This document shows, piece by piece, positions 1 through 9,762 of a DNA stretch of 64,000 nucleotides (positions within the stretch are counted from its first letter, which is position 1; each line of letters begins with the position of its first letter). The notes under the pieces were generated by a model. It ran no database searches. It saw only the letters and a list, made by a program, of their open reading frames with translations, and was not told where the DNA came from. The position numbers and the translations under genes were made by a program. Origin of the DNA: an uncultured Chloroflexia bacterium (GTDB taxonomy: Bacteria > Chloroflexota > Limnocylindria > QHBO01); the NCBI GenBank assembly GCA_963825905.1, contig CAWGUL010000005.1, positions 25,751 through 89,750 on the forward strand. Reading direction: 5' to 3'.

Positions 1-82
1 CGCGATCTTCGCCGAGGACGCCGTGCCGGACGACCAGGTGAAGTACATCCAGATCAACGCGGACTACTTCAAGAGCGCCTGA
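1..82 (+). CDS. 3' end of an upstream CDS cut by the window edge (product not assignable)
   Basis: Open frame from position 2 (...AIFAEDAVPDDQVKYIQINADYFKSA) ending at TGA 80-82. Too short for family assignment. Confidence 0.3.
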   Translation, partial: AIFAEDAVPDDQVKYIQINADYFKSA

Positions 83-93
83 ACCGAACCCGC

Positions 94-408
94 ATGGTCC
101 GATTGATCGCGCTCTATCGCCAGCCGCCAGATCCCGAGGCCTTCGACGCGCACTATCGCGACGTCCACGGACCGCTCGTGCGGACGTATCCCGGCCTCGC
201 CGGCCTGACGGTGACGAAGCTCACCGGCCTCGGCGGCCAGGATCCGGTCTTCTACCAGATGGCGGAGATGCGCTTCGCCTCACGCGCCGATCTCGAGACC
301 GCGCTCGCCTCGGACGCCGGCCGCGCCAGCGGGCGGGACCTGCGGAACTTCGCGCAGGCCGGGGTCGAGCTGTTCGTCGCCGATGACGGCGACACGCTCG
401 ATGGCTGA
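94..408 (+). CDS. EthD family protein
   Basis: 104-aa ORF MVRLIALYRQPPDPEAFDAHYRDVHGPLV... resembles EthD-domain proteins. GC3-rich codons. Confidence 0.75.
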   Translation: MVRLIALYRQPPDPEAFDAHYRDVHGPLVRTYPGLAGLTVTKLTGLGGQDPVFYQMAEMRFASRADLETALASDAGRASGRDLRNFAQAGVELFVADDGDTLDG

Positions 409-1359
409 GCCGGAGGCACCGCTTCCCTCGGAGCCGGCCGCGCTCGGCTTCGAGCGCATCCGCTACGCCAAGGATGCCGGGACCGGCGTCGCGACCGTGA
501 CCATCGACCGGCCCGACGTGCTCAACGCGTTCGACTTCCGCACGCTCCGCGAGCTCGCGCGCGCGTTCGAGGACGCGTCCTGGGACGACACGGTGGCGGT
601 CGTCGTGGTCACCGGAGCCGGAGAGCGCGCGTTCTGCACGGGCGCCGACCTCGACGAGCAGGCCACGTTCGGCGCCACCAGCGGGCAGTACTGGCGCTGG
701 ATGGGCGCGTTCATCGAGATGCACGACCGGCTGCGGACGATCGGCAAGCCGACGATCGCGCGCATCAACGGCGTCTGCGTCGGGGGTGGGCAGGAGCTCC
801 AGCTTGCCTGCGACCTGTCGGTGATCGTGGACGACGCATATATCCGCCACGTTGGGCCTGAGCACGGCTCCGTGCCGGCCGGCGGCGCGACGCAGTGGCT
901 CGCCGTCACGGTGGGGGACCGGCGGGCCCGCGAGATCATCATGCTGTGCGAGAAGATCAGCCCGCAGCAGGCGCTGACGTGGGGCCTCGTCAACCGCGTC
1001 GTGCCACGCGCTCAGCTCGATGCCACGGTCGCGGACCTCGCCGCCAAGCTGCGCCGCAAGCTGCCGGAGACGATCCGCTACACGAAGGCGCAGCTGAATT
1101 TCTGGCGCGACCTGGCGTGGTCCGGGACGATCACCCATGCCCGTGACTGGCTCGCCGTGCACTCCGGCTCGGACGAGACGCGGGAGGCGGTCGCGGCCTT
1201 CCACGAGAAGCGCGCCCCGCGCTTCGACGAGCTGCGATTCGCGCAGGCGTTCCCGCGCGCCTGCCCGCGCTGCGGCGCGACCGGCCTCCCGGGCACCACG
1301 GCTTCTGCGGAGTGTGCGGCAACGCCCTCCCGGCGGCTGGCGGGGAGTCCGGGGCGTGA
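383..1359 (+). pseudogene. enoyl-CoA hydratase/isomerase (crotonase) with C-terminal zinc-ribbon tail; frame breaks near 1289 as sequenced
   Basis: Crotonase core (VVVVTGAGERAFCTGADL, INGVCVGGGQELQLACD). After CPRCGATGL the other frame reads GHHGFCGVCGNALPAAGGESGA and stops at TGA 1357-1359, in a GTGA overlap with the next start. The as-given frame instead runs 215 nt into the next gene as an R/A/P-rich tail. Alternative start ATG 401. Confidence 0.7.
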
Positions 1360-2138
1360 CGGACGAGCAGCTCGTCCTCGTCGAGCGCCAGCCCGAGCAG
1401 CGCACCGCCCTCGTCCGTCTCAACCGGCCGAAGCAGCTCAACGCGCTGAACGGCCCGACCATGGATGCCCTCTGTGCGGCGCTCGAGGAGCTGGACCGCG
1501 ACGAGGCGGTGCGCGCGATCGTGGTGACCGGCAGCGAGCGCGCCTTCGCCGCGGGCGCCGACATCGGTGAGATGGCGAAGGCCACGCCGATCGACATGCT
1601 CGCCAGCAATCGCATCGGTCAATGGGACCGCGTCCGCCGCATCGGCAAGCCGGTGATCGCCGCCGTGAATGGCTGGTGCCTGGGCGGCGGCTGCGAGCTG
1701 GCGATGACGCTCGATCTCATCGTCGCCGGCGAGGGCGCGAAGTTCGGGCAACCGGAGATCAGCATCGGGGTCATCCCGGGCGCCGGTGGCACGCAGCGCC
1801 TGACCCGCGCCATCGGCAAGTCGAAGGCGATGACGATGATCCTCACCGGTGAGCCGATGAGCGCCCGCGAGGCGGAGGCGGCGGGGCTGGTGGCGCGCGT
1901 CACCCAGGACGAGGTCGTGGTCGAGGATGCGCTGGCGCTCGCCGCGCAGGTCGCGACGAAGTCGCCGATCGCGCTGCGGCTCGCCAAGGAAGCGGTCAAC
2001 GCGGCATACGAGATGAGCCTGACCGATGCGCTCGCCCACGAGCGGCGCCTCTTCTACCTCCTCTTCGCGAGCGAGGACCAGAAGGAGGGGATGGCCGCCT
2101 TCCTCGAGAAGCGGACGCCCGACTTCCGGGGCCGATGA
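1356..2138 (+). CDS. enoyl-CoA hydratase (short-chain crotonase family)
   Basis: VTDEQLVLVERQPEQRTALVRLNRPKQLNAL, AFAAGADI, NGWCLGGGCELAM. GTG 1356 overlaps the preceding stop. ATGA overlap with the next gene at 2135-2138. Confidence 0.85.
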   Translation: MTDEQLVLVERQPEQRTALVRLNRPKQLNALNGPTMDALCAALEELDRDEAVRAIVVTGSERAFAAGADIGEMAKATPIDMLASNRIGQWDRVRRIGKPVIAAVNGWCLGGGCELAMTLDLIVAGEGAKFGQPEISIGVIPGAGGTQRLTRAIGKSKAMTMILTGEPMSAREAEAAGLVARVTQDEVVVEDALALAAQVATKSPIALRLAKEAVNAAYEMSLTDALAHERRLFYLLFASEDQKEGMAAFLEKRTPDFRGR

Positions 2139-3088
2139 GCCTCGGCAACCCGGACCAGCCCGTCGGCGGGCTGGCGGTGCGAACCCCGCCGGGGGTCGAA
2201 CTGCGGCCGCTCGGGCGGGACGACTTCCCGGTGGCGCTCGACATGGCGCGCGAGATGTACGGCCTGCGACGCGACGATTCACCACCATCGCGCAGCTGGT
2301 TCGACGCGCTCGTCAACTCGCCCGACGCGACGCCGTTCCTCGCCCTGGCCGACGGCGAGCCGGCCGGGATGGCGATCTTCCTCTTCCGGCGGCGGCTCGG
2401 CCACACCCGCTTCCAGGGATGGCTGTCCGACCTGTTCGTGCGCCCCGCGGCACGCGGCCGGGGCATCGGGCGTGCGCTCCTGATGGCGTGCATCGCCGAG
2501 TGGCGGTTGCGGCAGGGCGACTCGATCATGCTGGAGGTGGGGACCGACAACGTGGTCGCGCGATCCCTCTACCGATCCCTCGGCTTCCACGAGACCGGGC
2601 TCCACTTCCAGCTCCTCCCGGTTCGTCGTCGCGGCGTCACGCCGCCGGCCGACGTCGAGCTGCGCGCGATGGCGATCGACGACTTCGACGCGGTGAGCCG
2701 CCTGCTCGGCGAGATGGGGCTTCCCGTCCCGTCGGAGGAGCGAACGCCGGCGCTGCGGCGTGTGCTGGCGATGCACCTCGCCGATCCCCAGGCGTTGCCG
2801 CGCGTTGCGGTCCGAGGAGGCGAGGTGGTCGGGATGTGCACGCTCATGTTCCGGGCGCCGTTCTTCCTGCGCGCCCCGCAGGCGTGGATCCCCGAGCTCA
2901 TCGTGGCGGACCGTGCGCGGGGGGCGGGGATCGGCGCCGCGCTCCTCGACGACGCGCTCGGCAGCGCGCTCGAGCGTGGCGCGTACGCGTGCGTGCTCGA
3001 GTCCGGGCCGCAGCGGCAGGTTGCGCACCGGTTGTATGCTGCGGCCGGCTTCACCGATCCAGGTGGGTTCTACGTTCTCGCAGCATGA
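2135..3088 (+). CDS. tandem-domain GNAT family N-acetyltransferase
   Basis: Two acetyl-CoA-binding-like motifs (RGRGIGRALL and RGAGIGAALL) in the two halves of a 317-aa ORF. Confidence 0.75.
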   Translation: MSLGNPDQPVGGLAVRTPPGVELRPLGRDDFPVALDMAREMYGLRRDDSPPSRSWFDALVNSPDATPFLALADGEPAGMAIFLFRRRLGHTRFQGWLSDLFVRPAARGRGIGRALLMACIAEWRLRQGDSIMLEVGTDNVVARSLYRSLGFHETGLHFQLLPVRRRGVTPPADVELRAMAIDDFDAVSRLLGEMGLPVPSEERTPALRRVLAMHLADPQALPRVAVRGGEVVGMCTLMFRAPFFLRAPQAWIPELIVADRARGAGIGAALLDDALGSALERGAYACVLESGPQRQVAHRLYAAAGFTDPGGFYVLAA

Positions 3089-3199
3089 AGGCATGCCATC
3101 GACCGATGTGGTACACAACTTGCGATTGGTAACTCAGTAACCAATCGGGGGTTGGCGGCGCACGCATCCTGCTGCGCGCCATTTCGGAGGTAGGGAATC

Positions 3200-3466
3200 A
3201 TGGGACTCATTTCATGGCTCGTCGTCGGCGCGATTGCCGGCTACGTCGCGAGCCGCGTCGTTCCCGGTGATGAGGGCTATGGCCCCATCGGCGGCCTGAT
3301 CGCCGGCATCGTCGGCGCATTCGTCGGCGGCTGGCTGTTCGCCTTGCTGACGAACAAGAAGGACTGGCTGACCGGGATCGACATCACCACGATCATCGCC
3401 GCCATCGTCGGCGCGATCATCGTCGTGTTCGTCTTCCAGATGATGACGGGGCGTCGCCGGGTCTGA
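3200..3466 (+). CDS. GlsB/YeaQ/YmgE family stress-response membrane protein
   Basis: 88-aa Gly-rich three-TM protein MGLISWLVVGAIAGYVA...GGLIAGIVGAFVGGWLF. GGAGG Shine-Dalgarno upstream of ATG 3200. Confidence 0.85.
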   Translation: MGLISWLVVGAIAGYVASRVVPGDEGYGPIGGLIAGIVGAFVGGWLFALLTNKKDWLTGIDITTIIAAIVGAIIVVFVFQMMTGRRRV

Positions 3467-3489
3467 CCCGCCGCCACCCACCGCAGCTC

Positions 3490-3523
3490 GAGCCGGTCGC
3501 CCCCAGGGCGGCCGGCTCGTTTG
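3490..3523 (+). terminator. candidate intrinsic terminator between convergent genes
   Basis: 12-bp stem gagccggtcgcc/ggcggccggctc (one G-U pair), 5-nt loop, followed by gtttg. Lies between stops at 3466 (+) and 3541 (-). Confidence 0.45.
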
Positions 3524-3540
3524 CGATCCGGCACCGCCGC

Positions 3541-3945
3541 TCAGCCGGTCGCGCCGTCGTCCGGCCGCGGGCGCTGCACCCACCACTCGTCGAACTGCCG
3601 GGCTCGGCCGTCGGCGGCGAAGCGCACGATCCAGATGTTGGCGTACGCGTCCTCGTACGGCGTCTCGTCGGTCTGCTCGTAGTAGGTCCAGCCCTCGATG
3701 ACCGCCGTATCGCCGTCGACCGCGACGATCTCGTGGTCGAAGCGCCAGCGGGCCGCCGAGTCGCCACGCTCGATCCACTTCTGCACCACGAGATCGCGAC
3801 CCTGCCAGGCGCGCGTCCCGCGGGGCCAGGGATACGGCGCGTACCGCACGTCCTCGGTGAACAGCGCCGCGATGTCATCGGGCGCGTCGCTCGCCCACGC
3901 GCGGCGGTACGCCGCCATCCAGCGCTCGACCTCCAATCGGTCCAT
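3541..3945 (-). CDS. SnoaL-like / NTF2-family protein
   Basis: 134-aa ORF MDRLEVERWMAAYRRAWASDAPDDIAALFTEDVRY... AGGAGG Shine-Dalgarno 6 nt upstream of ATG 3945. Confidence 0.7.
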   Translation of the reverse strand: MDRLEVERWMAAYRRAWASDAPDDIAALFTEDVRYAPYPWPRGTRAWQGRDLVVQKWIERGDSAARWRFDHEIVAVDGDTAVIEGWTYYEQTDETPYEDAYANIWIVRFAADGRARQFDEWWVQRPRPDDGATG

Positions 3946-4001
3946 CGGTCAACCTCCTGCGGGCCTTCGAATTGGCAGACTGATCCTGCCGGATTGCAGC
4001 A

Positions 4002-4029
4002 TCACCGGTCAATAGGTGATGACTGGTGA
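4002..4029. promoter_or_regulatory. candidate operator (inverted repeat) in a divergent intergenic region
   Basis: tcaccggtca-N8-tgactggtga (9 of 10 positions complementary). Half-sites TCACC/GGTGA/GGTGA between the SnoaL-like gene and the crotonase gene. Confidence 0.2.
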
Positions 4030-4080
4030 CGTAAGGCGGGCGCGGCGTGGCAGACCCACGCTCCGAGCGGGCGCGGGCCC

Positions 4081-4086
4081 TACAAT
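4081..4086 (+). promoter_or_regulatory. -10 box (TACAAT) of a probable leaderless promoter
   Basis: TACAAT lies 8 nt upstream of ATG 4095. No Shine-Dalgarno between them. Confidence 0.4.
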
Positions 4087-4094
4087 CGGCGCCG

Positions 4095-4883
4095 ATGCCT
4101 GACACGTCCCCGCCGGCGCAGCTCCTCGTCGACACCGACGGCGGCGTGACGACGCTCACCCTCAACCGGCCCGAGGCGCTGAACGCGCTCACCAGCGGCC
4201 TCCGCGGCGAGCTGCTGGCCGCACTGAAGACGGCCGCGCGGGACTCCGCCGTCCGGGCCGTGGTCCTGACCGGCGCCGGCCGCGCCTTCTGCGCCGGCGC
4301 CGACCTGCGTGGCGGCAGCGGCGAGCGGGAGTTCCGCCGGGTGCTGACCGCCGAGTACAACCCCCTCATCCTCGCCATTCGCGAGCTCGAGAAGCCGGTC
4401 GTGGCGGCCGTCAACGGCGTCGCCGCCGGTGCGGGCATGAGCCTCGCCCTCGCCACCGACGTCGTGGTGGCGAGCAGCGAGGCGCGGTTCGTGCCCGCCT
4501 TCGGCCGCATCGGGCTCGTGCCGGACTCCGGGCTGACGCGGACGCTCGTCCGCGGGCTCGGCCGGCACCGCGCGGCGGCGATCCTGCTGCTGGGCGAGCC
4601 GCTCGGCGCGGTCGAGGCGGCAACGGCCGGGCTGGTCGCGCGCGTCGTGCCGGGTGACGAGCTGGCATCGGCGGCCGGCGAGCTGGCGCGCACGCTGGCC
4701 GCAGGGCCGACGCGGGCCATGGGCCTCGCCAAGCGCCTCATGAACGCCGCCGAGAATCGTCCGCTCGACGCCAGCCTCGCCGACGAGGCGGCGCTCCAGG
4801 ACGTGGCCGGCCGCACCGCCGACCATGCGGAGGGCGTCGCGGCGTTCGCCGAGAAGCGCGACCCACGCTTCGAGGGCCGATGA
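4095..4883 (+). CDS. enoyl-CoA hydratase/isomerase (PaaG-like crotonase)
   Basis: [43 protein letters not shown] opens at 4047, but ATG 4095 fits the leaderless -10. ATGA overlap with the next gene at 4880. Confidence 0.85.
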   Translation: MPDTSPPAQLLVDTDGGVTTLTLNRPEALNALTSGLRGELLAALKTAARDSAVRAVVLTGAGRAFCAGADLRGGSGEREFRRVLTAEYNPLILAIRELEKPVVAAVNGVAAGAGMSLALATDVVVASSEARFVPAFGRIGLVPDSGLTRTLVRGLGRHRAAAILLLGEPLGAVEAATAGLVARVVPGDELASAAGELARTLAAGPTRAMGLAKRLMNAAENRPLDASLADEAALQDVAGRTADHAEGVAAFAEKRDPRFEGR

Positions 4884-6082
4884 CGCCGCGCCCGGTGACC
4901 ACCCTCGGGGTGCTCGGAGCCGGAACGATGGGCGCCGGTATCGCGCAGGTCGCGGCCGAGGCGGGGATCGCGGTGCGGGTCCACGACCCAATCCCCGGTT
5001 CGTGGGAGCGAGCCAACGAGCGCATCGCCGGCTTCCTCGCCCGCCGCGTGGAGAAGGGGCAGCTCGCCGGTCCGGAGCGCGACGCGGCGCTGGGCCGGCT
5101 CGCCGAGGCGCGGAGCCTCGAAGCACTGGCCGATGCCGACGCGGTGATCGAGGCAATTCCCGAGGATCTGGAGCTGAAGCGCGAGGTCTTCCGCCGCCTC
5201 GACGCCGCGGCCGCCGGGGACGTCATCCTGGCCACGAACACGAGCTCGCTGTCGGTGGCGCGCATCGCGGCTGCGACCGCGCATCCCGAGCGCGTGGCGG
5301 GGCTTCATTTCTTCAACCCGGTGCCGCTGCTGCCGCTGGTCGAGGTCATCGCCGGACCGATGACCGACCCCGCCGTGACCGACGCGCTCGTCGATCTCGC
5401 CGGCCGGCTCGGCAAGACGCCGGTCGTCGCGCGCGACACGCCGGGGTTCATCGTGAACCGCGTGGCGCGGCCCTTCTACCTCGAGGCGCTGCGGATCGTC
5501 GGCGAGGGTCAGGCGGACGTGGCCGGCGTCGATGCCGCGATGCGCGCGGCCGGCTTCCGGATGGGTCCATTCGAGCTCATCGACGCAATCGGCGCCGACG
5601 TCAACCTCGCGGTCAGCATCAGCATCTGGGAGGCGTCGTTCGGCGACCCGCGCTACCGGCCACACCCGCTGCAGCGCCTGCTCGTCGACGCGGGGCGCCT
5701 CGGGCGCAAGTCGGGTGGCGGCTTCTACGACCATCCTGACGGTGGCGAGCCGCGGCCGTGGGGCGGGCTTGCGGCGCCGCCGGCCGGCCTGCCGTCGCTC
5801 GACGCGGGTGCCATCGAGGCACGCATCCTGGCCGCGATCGTGAACGAAGCGGCATCGGCGGTCGCCGAGGGCGTCGCCACCCCGGAGGCGATCGATACCG
5901 CGATGCGGCTCGGCACGAACTACCCGCACGGGCCGCTGGCGTGGGGCGAGCGGCTGGGGCTGGCGAGCGTGGTGGGGACGCTGGACGCGCTGCACGCCGC
6001 CGTCCCGGATGGCCGCTACCGGGTGACGCCGCTCCTGCGCGCGCTGGCCGAGCGGGGCGGCTCCTTCTTCGCGGAGCGCTGA
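4880..6082 (+). CDS. 3-hydroxyacyl-CoA dehydrogenase (NAD-binding domain plus two C-terminal 3HCDH domains, PaaH-like)
   Basis: Rossmann motif [43 protein letters not shown]. Confidence 0.9.
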   Translation: MTPRPVTTLGVLGAGTMGAGIAQVAAEAGIAVRVHDPIPGSWERANERIAGFLARRVEKGQLAGPERDAALGRLAEARSLEALADADAVIEAIPEDLELKREVFRRLDAAAAGDVILATNTSSLSVARIAAATAHPERVAGLHFFNPVPLLPLVEVIAGPMTDPAVTDALVDLAGRLGKTPVVARDTPGFIVNRVARPFYLEALRIVGEGQADVAGVDAAMRAAGFRMGPFELIDAIGADVNLAVSISIWEASFGDPRYRPHPLQRLLVDAGRLGRKSGGGFYDHPDGGEPRPWGGLAAPPAGLPSLDAGAIEARILAAIVNEAASAVAEGVATPEAIDTAMRLGTNYPHGPLAWGERLGLASVVGTLDALHAAVPDGRYRVTPLLRALAERGGSFFAER

Positions 6083-6733
6083 GTGGGGGAGCGGCTCGGG
6101 CATCGGTATCGGGCGGTCATCTTCGACATGGACGGCCTGCTGCTCGACACCGAGCTGCTGTGGCACAGCGCCGAGGTGGAGCTGTTCCGCCGCCACGGCG
6201 GCGAATTCACCTGGGACGACAAGATGGCGGTCATCGGTACGAGCTACGCCGCGACCGCCGTCTACTTCGCGCGTCGCCTCGGGCGCCCCGCCGCGGAGGG
6301 CGCCGTCCTCGTCGACGAGATGGTCGACCTCATGCACGGCATGCTCCAGCACCAGGTCGACGGGCGTCCGGGCGCGATCGAGCTCGTCGATCGGCTGCGG
6401 GGGCGGCTGCCGCTCGGCCTCGCGTCGAACTCCTCGCGCCGGCTCGTCGACGCGGCCCTCCGCACGGCCGGGCTGACCGATGCCTTCGACGCGATCGTCA
6501 GCTCCGATGACGTGGTGCAGGCCAAGCCGGCCCCCGACATCTACCTCGAGGCGTGCCGCCGCCTCGGCGTGGCGCCGACCGATGCGCTGGCGCTCGAGGA
6601 CTCCACCTCGGGCATCGCGGCGGCGAAGGCGGCCGGGCTGGCCTGCATCGCCGTCCCGCAGTTCGCGGAGGCCGACGTGTCGGCCGCCGACCGCGTGATC
6701 GACTCGCTCGAGGAGCTGCTCGCCGAGGTCTGA
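6083..6733 (+). CDS. HAD-superfamily hydrolase (subfamily IA phosphatase/beta-phosphoglucomutase-like)
   Basis: Motif I VIFDMDGLLLDTE, motif II LASNS, KPAPDIY, LEDSTSGIAAAKAAG. GTG 6083 directly follows the preceding stop. Confidence 0.85.
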   Translation: MGERLGHRYRAVIFDMDGLLLDTELLWHSAEVELFRRHGGEFTWDDKMAVIGTSYAATAVYFARRLGRPAAEGAVLVDEMVDLMHGMLQHQVDGRPGAIELVDRLRGRLPLGLASNSSRRLVDAALRTAGLTDAFDAIVSSDDVVQAKPAPDIYLEACRRLGVAPTDALALEDSTSGIAAAKAAGLACIAVPQFAEADVSAADRVIDSLEELLAEV

Positions 6734-6743
6734 GCCGACCGGG

Positions 6744-6749
6744 TACGCT
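6744..6749 (+). promoter_or_regulatory. -10 box (TACGCT) of a probable leaderless promoter
   Basis: 6 nt upstream of ATG 6756. No Shine-Dalgarno. Confidence 0.3.
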
Positions 6750-6755
6750 ACCCGC

Positions 6756-6974
6756 ATGTGCCGATCGATTCACACCCTCCGCGACGGCGCGGTGGCCGCC
6801 TCGGACGACGAGATCACCGCCGCCGCGCTCCAGTTCGTCCGCAAGGTGAGCGGCTACCGCAAGCCGTCCGCCGCCAACGAGGCAGCCTTCGAGGCAGCGG
6901 TGGCCGAGGTCGCCGCCAGCTCGCGGCGCCTCCTCGACTCCGTCACCGCCACGCATCCGCAGGCGGCCCGCTAG
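6756..6974 (+). CDS. DUF2277 domain-containing protein
   Basis: 72-aa ORF MCRSIHTLRDG...AAALQFVRKVSGYRKPSAANEAAFEAAVAEV, matching the conserved DUF2277 pattern as I remember it. Confidence 0.75.
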   Translation: MCRSIHTLRDGAVAASDDEITAAALQFVRKVSGYRKPSAANEAAFEAAVAEVAASSRRLLDSVTATHPQAAR

Positions 6975-7042
6975 CCCTCCGGCGGCCGAGCGCGGAGTAC
7001 GATCCGCGCTGACGACCCATTCGCACGAGGAACACGGACGGC

Positions 7043-7633
7043 ATGGCGATGCACATGCGGGCGACGGTCGAGTTGGCCCGATGGTGGTGGACCTTCATCC
7101 TGCGCGGCCTGCTGGCGATCGCGTTCGGGGTGCTCGTCTTCTTCGCGCCCGGGATGGGGATCGCGGTGCTCGTCGGGCTGTTCGCGGCGTGGGCGCTCAT
7201 CGACGGCGGCGCGCTGCTCGTGGCGGGCTTCCAGACGCGCGGCAGCGACCGCAGCTGGTGGCTCTCCATCCTCGAGGGGCTCGCCGGCGTGGCGGCGGCG
7301 GTGATCGCGCTTCTCTTCCCGGCGTACGCCGCCACCGTCCTCGTCCTGCTCATCGCCGCGTGGGCGATCGTGACCGGGGTGATCGAGATCGTGGCGGCGG
7401 TGCGCCTCCGCGAACGGATCCGCGGTGAGCTGTGGCTCGGCCTCGCGGGCCTCGTTTCGGTCCTGGTCGGGGTGGCGATGTTCTTCTTCCCGGCCGCCGG
7501 CGCGCTGAGCATCCTCTGGCTCATCGGCGCATTTGCGGTCGTGTTCGGGATCTTCCTCGTGGGCCTCGGCTGGCGGCTTCGGCACGTCAGCGAGCTCGCG
7601 AAGATCGACGCGGCCCACGACTACAGCCGCTGA
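7043..7633 (+). CDS. HdeD/DUF308 family membrane protein
   Basis: Six-TM 196-aa protein WWWTFILRGLLAIAFGVLVFFAP...IVTGVIEIVAAVRLR. Confidence 0.8.
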   Translation: MAMHMRATVELARWWWTFILRGLLAIAFGVLVFFAPGMGIAVLVGLFAAWALIDGGALLVAGFQTRGSDRSWWLSILEGLAGVAAAVIALLFPAYAATVLVLLIAAWAIVTGVIEIVAAVRLRERIRGELWLGLAGLVSVLVGVAMFFFPAAGALSILWLIGAFAVVFGIFLVGLGWRLRHVSELAKIDAAHDYSR

Positions 7634-7648
7634 GCACGCCGGCCGGCG

Positions 7649-9083
7649 TCAGTGGCCGAGCTGGTAGCCGAGGAGGCGTGGCAGGCGGGCGATCGCGCGG
7701 ACGACGAGTGACGGACGGCGTCCCGCGTCCCGCGCGTCGTCCTCGCGGATGAGCGCCTCGCGGATGATCCGCGCACCCAGATAGCGCACCGGCTCCGGCG
7801 GCAGGAAGGGCTGGCGGCGGCCGACGAACGCGAGGTGGCGCACCGGGTCCTCGTGCCCTCCGGCCAGCGCAGCGAGGATGCGACCTGCGAGCCGTGACGG
7901 CCCGACGCCGTTGCCGGCGAAGCCGTGAGCGAAGTGGAGCCGGCCGCCACGAGCGGAGCCGACTTCGGGGAACCGCTCGCCGGTGATGTCGATCGGGCCG
8001 CCCCAGGCATCGGTCAGGCGCACGTCGCGAAGCATCGGCAGCAGGTGGTCGAGGTTGGCGACCACGCGTGCGATCGCGCGACGGTCGTGCGTGAACGAAT
8101 GGACCGATGCGACCGCCGAAGCCCGCGCTGCCCACTCCGCCGCCGAAGGCGATCCGCCCGTCGGCCGTGGTGCGGAAATAGCTGATCGTGAAGCGCGAGT
8201 CGCTGAGCAGCTCGCCGCCGGTCCAGCCCAGCTCGGCGAGACGGTCGGGGATCGGCTCGGTCAGCACGATGTCCGACCCCCAGGCGAGGAGACGGGTGCG
8301 GAATCCCGGCCAGCCGGCGGCCCAGGCGTTGATTGCCAGCACGACGTGCTTGGCGGTGACGCTGCCGCCCGCGGTGACCACGCGGAGCGGCCCGCGACCG
8401 TCGACCCGCAGCGCGCGCGTGCCCTCCGCGATCTGGACGCCGCGCTCGAGCAGCACGCGTCGCAGGCCGCGGGCGAGGCGCGCGGGCTGGACCGATGCCG
8501 CGCTCGGCATGAGGAGCCCGTCGCCGAACGCCGGTGAGGCGCAGACGCGCTGGACCTCGGCTGCGGGGAGCGGCATGAGCGCGTCGGCGAGGCCGAGCCG
8601 CGCCAGCTCCGCCAGCGTCCCATCCCAGTCGTTCGGACGGCCGGGAAAGGCGTTGACGCGCAGGTAGCCGCGCTTCGCGTACCAGGCGTCGACGCCGTGC
8701 GTTGCACACCACGCGCCGATGCCGTCGACGACCTCGTCCGCGGCGCGCCCGATCGCAACCGCCGCCTCGTCGCCGTAGCGATGGGCGAGCATCGGCACGT
8801 CCTCCCACCAGCCGTGGAGGAAGCCGCCGTTCCGGCCGCTCGGCCCGCCGCCGCAGATGTCCTGCTCCAGCAGCACGATGCGCACCCCGGGGTTGTGCTC
8901 GAGCAGGAACCACGCCGTCCAGAGGCCGGTGTACCCCCCGCCGATGATCGCGACGTCGGCGGTGACGTGGTCGCGCAGCGCGGGCAGCGGCGGCGGGTCG
9001 CCTTCGGCGGCGAGGGCCTCGCGCAGCCACCAGCTCCGCGCCGTGCCGGGTATCGGCAGCGAGGCCGCCGCGCGATCGGTCAT
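7649..9083 (-). pseudogene. FAD-dependent oxidoreductase (DAO family); one extra base near 8097 as sequenced
   Basis: N-terminal dinucleotide motif DVAIIGGGYTGLWTAWFL. Frame 1 reads ...GGRIGP(F), then the next frame continues FTHDRRAIARVVANLDHLLPMLRDVRLTDAWGGPID...GYQLGH. Span length is 3n+1. Confidence 0.75.
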
Positions 9084-9207
9084 GCGGAAGCGATCCTACG
9101 CCACGGCCCCATGGCTCCCGGCGCGACCGAAGGTAGATCCATTCGGCCATGCGGCGCACTCTTCATGGGCAGTGAGCCATACGGCTCGCCGAATGGAGGT
9201 TTCTCAG

Positions 9208-9762
9208 GTGGTGTTGTCATCGCTCGTCGAGCGTGCGCAGGAGGGAGACGAAGAAGCCTTCGAATCCCTCGTCGCGTCGGTCGGCGATCGGTGCATGGCG
9301 ATCGCGTACCGGATCCTCCGCGACGCCGACCTCGCAGCGGACGCCGTCCAGCTGGCGCTGCTCGCCGCGTGGCACGACCTTCCCTCCCTTCGCAGCCTCG
9401 ACCGCTTCGAGCCGTGGCTGCACCGCATCCTCGTCAACCGATGCTACGCCGAGGCGAAGCAGCGTCGTCGGCAGGCGACGCTCGTCATCGTCCCGGCGCA
9501 GACCGCGGACCCTGCCGACGCCTTCATGACTGTCAATCATCGGGACGAGCTCGAACGCGGGTTCCGGCGGCTTCCGCCGGAGCAGCGAGCGGTCCTCGTC
9601 TTCCACCACTACCTCGGCCTGCCAATCGCGCAGGTGGCGGAGCACCTGGGCATCCCGCTCGGTACCGCCAAGTCCCGACTTCGCTACGCGTCCGCCGCGA
9701 TGCGGGCGGCGCTCGAGGCCGACGCGCGAATGTCGACCACCTCACGGGAGCGCCGCGCATGA
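9208..9762 (+). CDS. ECF (sigma-70 family group 4) RNA polymerase sigma factor
   Basis: Region 2 (DAVQLALLAAWHDL) and region 4 HTH (IAQVAEHLGIPLGTAKSRLRYA). GGAGG sits 8 nt upstream of GTG 9208. Alternative start ATG 9193. Confidence 0.8.
   Translation: MVLSSLVERAQEGDEEAFESLVASVGDRCMAIAYRILRDADLAADAVQLALLAAWHDLPSLRSLDRFEPWLHRILVNRCYAEAKQRRRQATLVIVPAQTADPADAFMTVNHRDELERGFRRLPPEQRAVLVFHHYLGLPIAQVAEHLGIPLGTAKSRLRYASAAMRAALEADARMSTTSRERRA

Noticed and set aside
3875-6757. 960-aa minus-strand ORF. Similar long ORFs occur at 221..1615(-), 11222..13636(-), 15884..18457(+), 18961-21560(+), 21807..24023(-), 48201..50900(+), 55809..58016(+) and 59794..62007(+).
   Set aside because: All lie antisense to, or out of frame with, genes that have clear family motifs. 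Their translations are Arg/Ala/Pro/Gly-rich with no recognisable domains. This is the usual stop-codon-poor shadow-ORF effect in very GC-rich DNA.
7634-7648. Palindrome acgccggccggcgt between the convergent hdeD-like and FAD-oxidoreductase genes, as a bidirectional terminator.
   Set aside because: The stem would have essentially no loop and there is no U-tract on either side. This is too weak to call.
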